In this document: piece by piece, positions 59,378 to 64,000 of the stretch
Layout: every line of letters begins with the position of its first letter
Position numbering within the stretch: the stretch's first letter is position 1
DNA from: Candidatus Scalinduaceae bacterium
GTDB lineage: Bacteria > Planctomycetota > Brocadiia > Brocadiales > Scalinduaceae
Direction: 5' to 3'
Assembly (NCBI GenBank): GCA_046759445.1
Contig: JBHICG010000001.1
Coordinates: 32,001-96,000 of the forward strand
Length of the DNA stretch: 64,000 nucleotides
Notes under the pieces: model-generated
Seen by the model: the letters and a program-made list of their open reading frames with translations, nothing else
Database searches by the model: none
What the model was told of the DNA's origin: nothing
Position numbers and translations under genes: made by a program

Positions 59378-60802
59378 GTGAGAGATTTTGACCTTACGAT
59401 TATCGGCGGTGGCGCAGGAGGCTTAAATGTGGCGAGTGGGGCGGTTCAACTTGGCGCCAGGGTTGCCCTTATTGAGAAAAGCAAACTCGGAGGAGACTGT
59501 CTTTATTACGGATGTGTCCCCACTAAGGCATTAATTCAGTCTGCAAAAATTGCATCTCTCATCAAAAGGTCTAAGGAATACGGTCTGAATGATACGAATA
59601 TCTCCTTCGATTTTAAGAATATTATAACTCACATGAAAGATGTGATATCAAAAATTGGTGTACATGATGACCCTAAAAGGTTTGAAGATATGGGCGTACA
59701 GGTATTTTTTGGTGATGGCAAATTTATTGACCCTCACACCTTTGAATTCAACAATCATACGATTACGAGCGGAAAATTCGTTATCTCAACAGGTTCAAGA
59801 GCCGTTGCTATCCCCATCAAAGGTCTTGAAAATATCAAATATTTAACCAGTGAAAGCGCCCTGGAGCTGGATTATTTGCCCAAATCAATAATTATATTAG
59901 GCGCTGGTCCGATAGGACTGGAGTTTGCGCAGGTGTTTGCAAGATTAGGGTCAAAGGTTATCGTTATAGAAAAGATGGGTCAGGTTTTACCGCGTGAGGA
60001 CAAAGAAGTTGCAGACATTCTCGAAACTATCCTTAAGGAAGAGGGTATTGAGATTCATACATGTGTCAATGTAAACCATGTAAAACAAGAAGGAAATCTA
60101 AAGATCGTTGTAGCCGAATGTAGCGGACTGGAAAAGACATTTCAGGCTGATGAATTTATGCTTGCTATTGGACGTGCACCCAACCTTGAGGGGCTTAATC
60201 TTGAAGCTACCGGGGTTAAGGTAGAACACAGGGCTATCGTCGTAAATAGTTCCATGCGAACTACTGCAAGGAATATATGGGCATGCGGAGACGTGACAGG
60301 GCAATATTTGTTTACGCATGTTGCCGAATATCAAGCTGGCCTTATAGTAGCTAATGCCTTAATTCCTCTAATGAAGAGAAAGGCAAACTATCGTGTGGTT
60401 CCGTGGGTTACCTATACAGACCCTGAATTAGGCAGGGTAGGACTAACTGAGGATGAAGCAAGACAAAAATATAAGAATGTGAAGGTATACAAGTATGATG
60501 TAAAGGAATTAGACAGAGCAGTCATAGAGGGTGAAGACAAGGGAATTATTAAGATTGTTTGCACAAAGAAGGGTAAGATACTGGGAGCACATGTCCTTGC
60601 ACCACAAGGTGGAGAACTGCTACATGAATTTGTCCTGGCAATACAGAATAACCTTGGAGTTGGAAGTATTACAGGTACTATCCATGTCTATCCAACATTA
60701 GCTCAAGCGGTGAGAAGAACCACTAACAAATACTATGCAGAAAAGATATTTTCTGGTTGGATTCCCAAAGTTACCAAGAAGCTGATAAGATGGTTTGGTT
60801 AA
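59378..60802 (+). CDS. Pyridine nucleotide-disulfide oxidoreductase (MerA/Lpd-like, no MerA C-terminal CC)
   Basis: GGGAGG FAD motif, GGDCLYYGCVPTK, GAGPIGLE, GD, FTHVA, HVYPT. Confidence 0.9.
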   Translation: MRDFDLTIIGGGAGGLNVASGAVQLGARVALIEKSKLGGDCLYYGCVPTKALIQSAKIASLIKRSKEYGLNDTNISFDFKNIITHMKDVISKIGVHDDPKRFEDMGVQVFFGDGKFIDPHTFEFNNHTITSGKFVISTGSRAVAIPIKGLENIKYLTSESALELDYLPKSIIILGAGPIGLEFAQVFARLGSKVIVIEKMGQVLPREDKEVADILETILKEEGIEIHTCVNVNHVKQEGNLKIVVAECSGLEKTFQADEFMLAIGRAPNLEGLNLEATGVKVEHRAIVVNSSMRTTARNIWACGDVTGQYLFTHVAEYQAGLIVANALIPLMKRKANYRVVPWVTYTDPELGRVGLTEDEARQKYKNVKVYKYDVKELDRAVIEGEDKGIIKIVCTKKGKILGAHVLAPQGGELLHEFVLAIQNNLGVGSITGTIHVYPTLAQAVRRTTNKYYAEKIFSGWIPKVTKKLIRWFG

Positions 60803-60953
60803 ATGTTTCTCACTTGCCAGAATAGCCTGGACGGGTGAGGGGGAAAACAGACTGGTTGTGGTTAGTACTTAGACGGATAGAAATAAGACAGTTGAAAAAG
60901 GTACTAATGCCAATAAGATATTAACTAAATTTATTAAGAAAGAAGAAACTTGA

Positions 60954-61082
60954 ATGAAAAAGGTTTTTTCATTATTAATAGTTTTGTCAATAATCTTGTT
61001 TGTGGTTGGCTGTACGTATACGGATTCTACTAAATCGACCCATAGTAGTAGCCAAACTCCTGAATATGAATATAAGTATTAA
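60954..61082 (+). CDS. 42-aa lipoprotein (not in ORF track)
   Basis: MKKVFSLLIVLSIILFVVGCTYTDSTKSTHSSSQTPEYEYKY*; lipobox VVGC. Confidence 0.7.
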   Translation: MKKVFSLLIVLSIILFVVGCTYTDSTKSTHSSSQTPEYEYKY

Positions 61083-61118
61083 AAGAATATTTCAAGAACG
61101 ATCCATAAATACTATTAG

Positions 61119-61916
61119 ATGTATAAACATATGCAGGCACATTCAGGAGATATAACAATGAAGTTTATTATATTTGTTTTAATTCTCATGGCAGGTTATA
61201 GCATGGTAGCCAAAGTTTATGCAGACGGAAAAAACGATCCGAATTCTATATTTGATGGTGTTTTAAATCGTCATGTCTTAAAGGATGGATTGGTTAATTA
61301 TAAGGGGCTAAAGAAGGATAAAGAGTTTAAGAAATATATTGAATATCTTTCTAATACAGACCCTGATACCCTGCCAACCGATAGACACCGTTTTGCTTTC
61401 TGGATAAACGCATATAACGCATTTGTCTTAAAGGGGGTATTAGAAGAGTATCCAATAAAGAGTGTGCTTGACGTTAGCTGGATTCCTCACAGTTTTTTTA
61501 TAAGAAAAAAATTTAAGACAACTCATGGAAATATTACTCTGCGAACACTGGAAAATGAGAAACTAAGAGAAGCATTTAGAGAACCAAGAATACATTTCGT
61601 TATTAACTGTGCATCAATTAGTTGTCCAAAATTATTAGCAGAGGCATATAAGGCCGAAAAATTGGAACAGCAACTTGAAAAACAGGCAAATTCTTTTATT
61701 AACAATAAAACCAAGAATTATCTGAATAAAGAAAATAATATCTTATATCTCTCTTCTATCTTTAAGTGGTATGAGGGGGATTTTATTAAAAAAGGTGAAA
61801 AAATAGAAGGGTATATTACAAGATATTTAAATCCAGATGATGCGGATTACGTCAGGAACAATGAAATAACCATAAAGTACCTCGATTACGATTGGGGCTT
61901 AAACGAAAAAAAATAA
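61119..61916 (+). CDS. DUF547-domain exported protein
   Basis: G.VNY, AFWINAYN, L..LE...LR, PRIHF.INCASISCP.L, LS.IFKWY..DF, YDWGLN. Confidence 0.9.
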   Translation: MYKHMQAHSGDITMKFIIFVLILMAGYSMVAKVYADGKNDPNSIFDGVLNRHVLKDGLVNYKGLKKDKEFKKYIEYLSNTDPDTLPTDRHRFAFWINAYNAFVLKGVLEEYPIKSVLDVSWIPHSFFIRKKFKTTHGNITLRTLENEKLREAFREPRIHFVINCASISCPKLLAEAYKAEKLEQQLEKQANSFINNKTKNYLNKENNILYLSSIFKWYEGDFIKKGEKIEGYITRYLNPDDADYVRNNEITIKYLDYDWGLNEKK

Positions 61917-62161
61917 TATCATATAGCAGTGATGGATGCTTCAAGAGATAACCATTTTCATATTTTGTGTGAATAGTTTGTGTAAGGTTTGGTAATTCTT
62001 TTTCTGGTGCATTTAGGTACTAGTATCTTTCCAACTTTACAATAATTTTTTTTAAAGGAGATAAATGGAGTGGCGATGCCAGAAATAGATACTAGTACCT
62101 TCTGATTTGATATGACAAATTGAATTCAGAAATATTTCGAGGGGGGAAAGGTGATTTTATG

Positions 62162-62187
62162 GGAATTTTTTTATAGAAGCGAAGGTT
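62162..62187 (+). promoter_or_regulatory. Candidate SigH/SigR-type ECF promoter
   Basis: GGAAT-N18-GTT about 75 nt upstream of the HMA gene. Confidence 0.55.
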
Positions 62188-62262
62188 GTTTTTAACACGT
62201 ATGTCTGTTTTTTTAATTTTTATATCAGATTCTAAATTTTTACGATTTTAAGGAGGTAGAAG

Positions 62263-62571
62263 ATGAGTAAATACTTAAAACTTGGATATTTTTCCATGAT
62301 CCCTGTAATCTTTGGAATAGTAATAGTAGTAATGAGTGCGTCTGTGGTTAAAGCTGACGAAGAAGAGGTTGTATTAAATGTCAAGGGTATGACTTGTGGT
62401 ATGTGTTCGAATGCGGTAAAAACTGCACTTCTGAAATGCGAGGGTGTTAATGGTGCTGAGGTTAGTCATAAAGAAGGGAAGGCAGTCGTAAAGGTTGAAG
62501 AAGGCAAGGCAAAAACCGAGGAACTTATTCATGCTGTTGAAAAGGCAGGATTCAAAGCATCAAAAAGCTAA
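62263..62571 (+). CDS. Exported HMA-domain protein (MerP/CopZ-like)
   Basis: AGGAGG RBS, signal peptide, V.GMTCGMC...V..AL, GF.A. Confidence 0.9.
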   Translation: MSKYLKLGYFSMIPVIFGIVIVVMSASVVKADEEEVVLNVKGMTCGMCSNAVKTALLKCEGVNGAEVSHKEGKAVVKVEEGKAKTEELIHAVEKAGFKASKS

Positions 62572-62633
62572 CAACATATTTAAGATGCAAAGGCTTAATC
62601 CTCTGGTAATGTCTTATTAGTAGAAGCATTCTT

Positions 62634-62704
62634 AAATATCACCATCCCTTTTCCTCTTCTTTTACCCCCGTCATTTACAAGGAGAGGAAGGGGGTATGGT
62701 ATTT
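62634..62704. repeat. Purine/pyrimidine-rich imperfect hairpin
   Basis: AAATATCACCATCCCTTTTCCTCT ... GGAGAGGAAGGGGGTATGGTATTT. Confidence 0.45.
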
Positions 62705-62935
62705 ACTTGACATTGAGCAAGTTCCGATTCTGTTACACAAACAATTCAGGATTATGTGATCTGTTAAAGGCATTCATTCATGAGTCCTTTTTGGGAATGA
62801 TTATTCCTGTGTTATTTAAAAGGAACTAACGCAGATTACATGAAATTTAAAGATTATTTCTACAAACCAAAAAACATCGTACCTTTTCAGGAAGGTAATA
62901 GTAAAAGTAATATCTGAAATACAAGGTTAAAAGAA

Positions 62936-63472
62936 ATGAGGTTGGAAATGAAAATAACGAAAAGAACGTTTTTAATTGTATTACTAAATATATTTGTAAT
63001 GCCCTTTCTTACATTCAATGTCAATAACGATATAGTATTTGCTGAAATTGAGACTGGTGTAAGTGTAGGACAGAAAGCATCTCCATTCAAACTATTAAGT
63101 ATCGATGGCAAGGAATTGGATTTGAGATCTTTTGGGGATGGGAAGGTTACATTATTGGTTTTTGGTGCTACATGGTGCCCCGCTTGCAAACATGAAGTTC
63201 CACTTCTTAAGGAATATTACAATGAATTTAAAGATGATGGACTTGAAGTGTTAAATATTGACATTCAAGAGACCGAAAGGAAGGTCAGATCGTTTGTTGA
63301 AAAGAATCAGATAAATTATTCAGTTGTTCTTGATTCGAAAGCTGAAGTGGCAATGTTATATAAGGTAGTGGGTATACCTTTAAATATCATATTTGATAAA
63401 AACGGGATAATAAAATACAGGGAAAATAGGCCACCGAGCAAAGAGACTCTAGAAAAATTATTAGCCAACTAA
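62936..63472 (+). CDS. TlpA/ResA-like thiol-disulfide oxidoreductase, exported
   Basis: G..A.PF.L, F.ATWCPACKHE.P, Y.V.GIP...I.DK.G.I. Confidence 0.9.
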   Translation: MRLEMKITKRTFLIVLLNIFVMPFLTFNVNNDIVFAEIETGVSVGQKASPFKLLSIDGKELDLRSFGDGKVTLLVFGATWCPACKHEVPLLKEYYNEFKDDGLEVLNIDIQETERKVRSFVEKNQINYSVVLDSKAEVAMLYKVVGIPLNIIFDKNGIIKYRENRPPSKETLEKLLAN

Positions 63473-63484
63473 ACTTTGAAATAA

Positions 63485-63510
63485 GGAAAATCTTTCAGGG
63501 TGAGATGGTT
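63485..63510 (+). promoter_or_regulatory. Candidate SigH/SigR-type ECF promoter
   Basis: GGAAA-N18-GTT just upstream of the ATG at 63534. Confidence 0.45.
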
Positions 63511-63533
63511 AAGTCGGTATCTTTATTATAGAC

Positions 63534-64000
63534 ATGAATAAGTTCACACAATTTAGCAAAAAAAGGTTAAAAGATATCCTTATAATACTGTTGCTTTTCC
63601 TACCTTCAGGGCAATTATTGGCACAACACGACGGGCGATATTCTTTTAAATATCCCAGAAACTTTTTCAATCCTGGTGGTGCAGAGGAAGTTTTTAACCC
63701 ATCAACTCACAATAAAATAGGTATCTTAATACAGAATCGTACTAACCGTCCTCTCCAGGAAATTACTACTATGATATTTAACACGTCTCCCTTTGACCGT
63801 TATAAACAGTTTTTCTACTTCCGCATAGAAGAGGAATTTAGTGAGGATATTGTTAACAACAATATTCTTTCCGCAAGGGCTTATGACTACAATGGCAGAC
63901 CAATAGCTGGTGGATTGACCACCTCTGAGGGACAGGGCGCTTTCAACCTGACATTTCTCAAGTTCGGTTTTAGGGAGGTGATACAGTGTAGTTGTAATGG
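63534..64000 (+). CDS. Exported hypothetical protein (3'-truncated by window edge)
   Basis: MNKFTQFSKKRLKDILIILLLFLPSGQLLAQH...; frame stays open to the window end. Confidence 0.7.
   Translation, partial: MNKFTQFSKKRLKDILIILLLFLPSGQLLAQHDGRYSFKYPRNFFNPGGAEEVFNPSTHNKIGILIQNRTNRPLQEITTMIFNTSPFDRYKQFFYFRIEEEFSEDIVNNNILSARAYDYNGRPIAGGLTTSEGQGAFNLTFLKFGFREVIQCSCN

Noticed and set aside
59378..62571. Canonical mer operon
   Set aside because: No merR/merT/merC, and the reductase lacks MerA-specific cysteines.
56276..63472. Selenocysteine (TGA) read-through in the HMA, TlpA or other redox proteins
   Set aside because: All CxxC motifs are encoded by TGT/TGC; no in-frame TGA at catalytic positions was seen.
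1..64000. CRISPR array or rRNA
   Set aside because: No regularly spaced direct repeats or rRNA-like sequence seen; periodicity at 32.9-33.7 kb and 35.2-36.8 kb is protein-level TPR/NHL repetition.

Overview
AT-rich bacterial chromosome segment. The planctomycete-style PilM-PilN fusion, secretin and FabZ/FabA-type protein suggest an anammox-like planctomycete (inference only). The left edge is one end of an integrated element: a large serine recombinase whose 3' end runs through the junction into a comM/yifB gene cut exactly at the AMNP|CPCG motif. Next come housekeeping and envelope genes: trkHA, a HEAT-repeat protein, wza-wzc, a GT2, a MurC-like ligase, a DjlA-like protein, tilS, miaA, a PilMN-O-P-secretin operon, tRNA-Met, a FabZ-like dehydratase and HU. 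These are followed by a decayed IS1202/ISNCY-type element, TPR and NHL proteins, TonB-ExbBD, a HAD-YvcK fusion, a cryptic MaoC-like protein, a ThiI-like protein and a MEMO1/AmrB-like protein. The last ~18 kb is a co-oriented redox/metal(loid) island: two glycosyltransferases, two SigH/SigR-like ECF + zinc anti-sigma pairs, RND-MFP-TolC, DedA/TVP38, a MerA/Lpd-like flavoprotein lacking the MerA Cys-Cys tail, DUF547, HMA and TlpA proteins, and several GGAA(T/A)-N18-GT(T/C) promoter motifs. Intergenic DNA holds a MITE with a target duplication, GTAG-type REP hairpins, nested palindromic repeats, an unannotated 42-aa lipoprotein and a candidate sRNA. All calls are by eye from sequence motifs; no searches were run.
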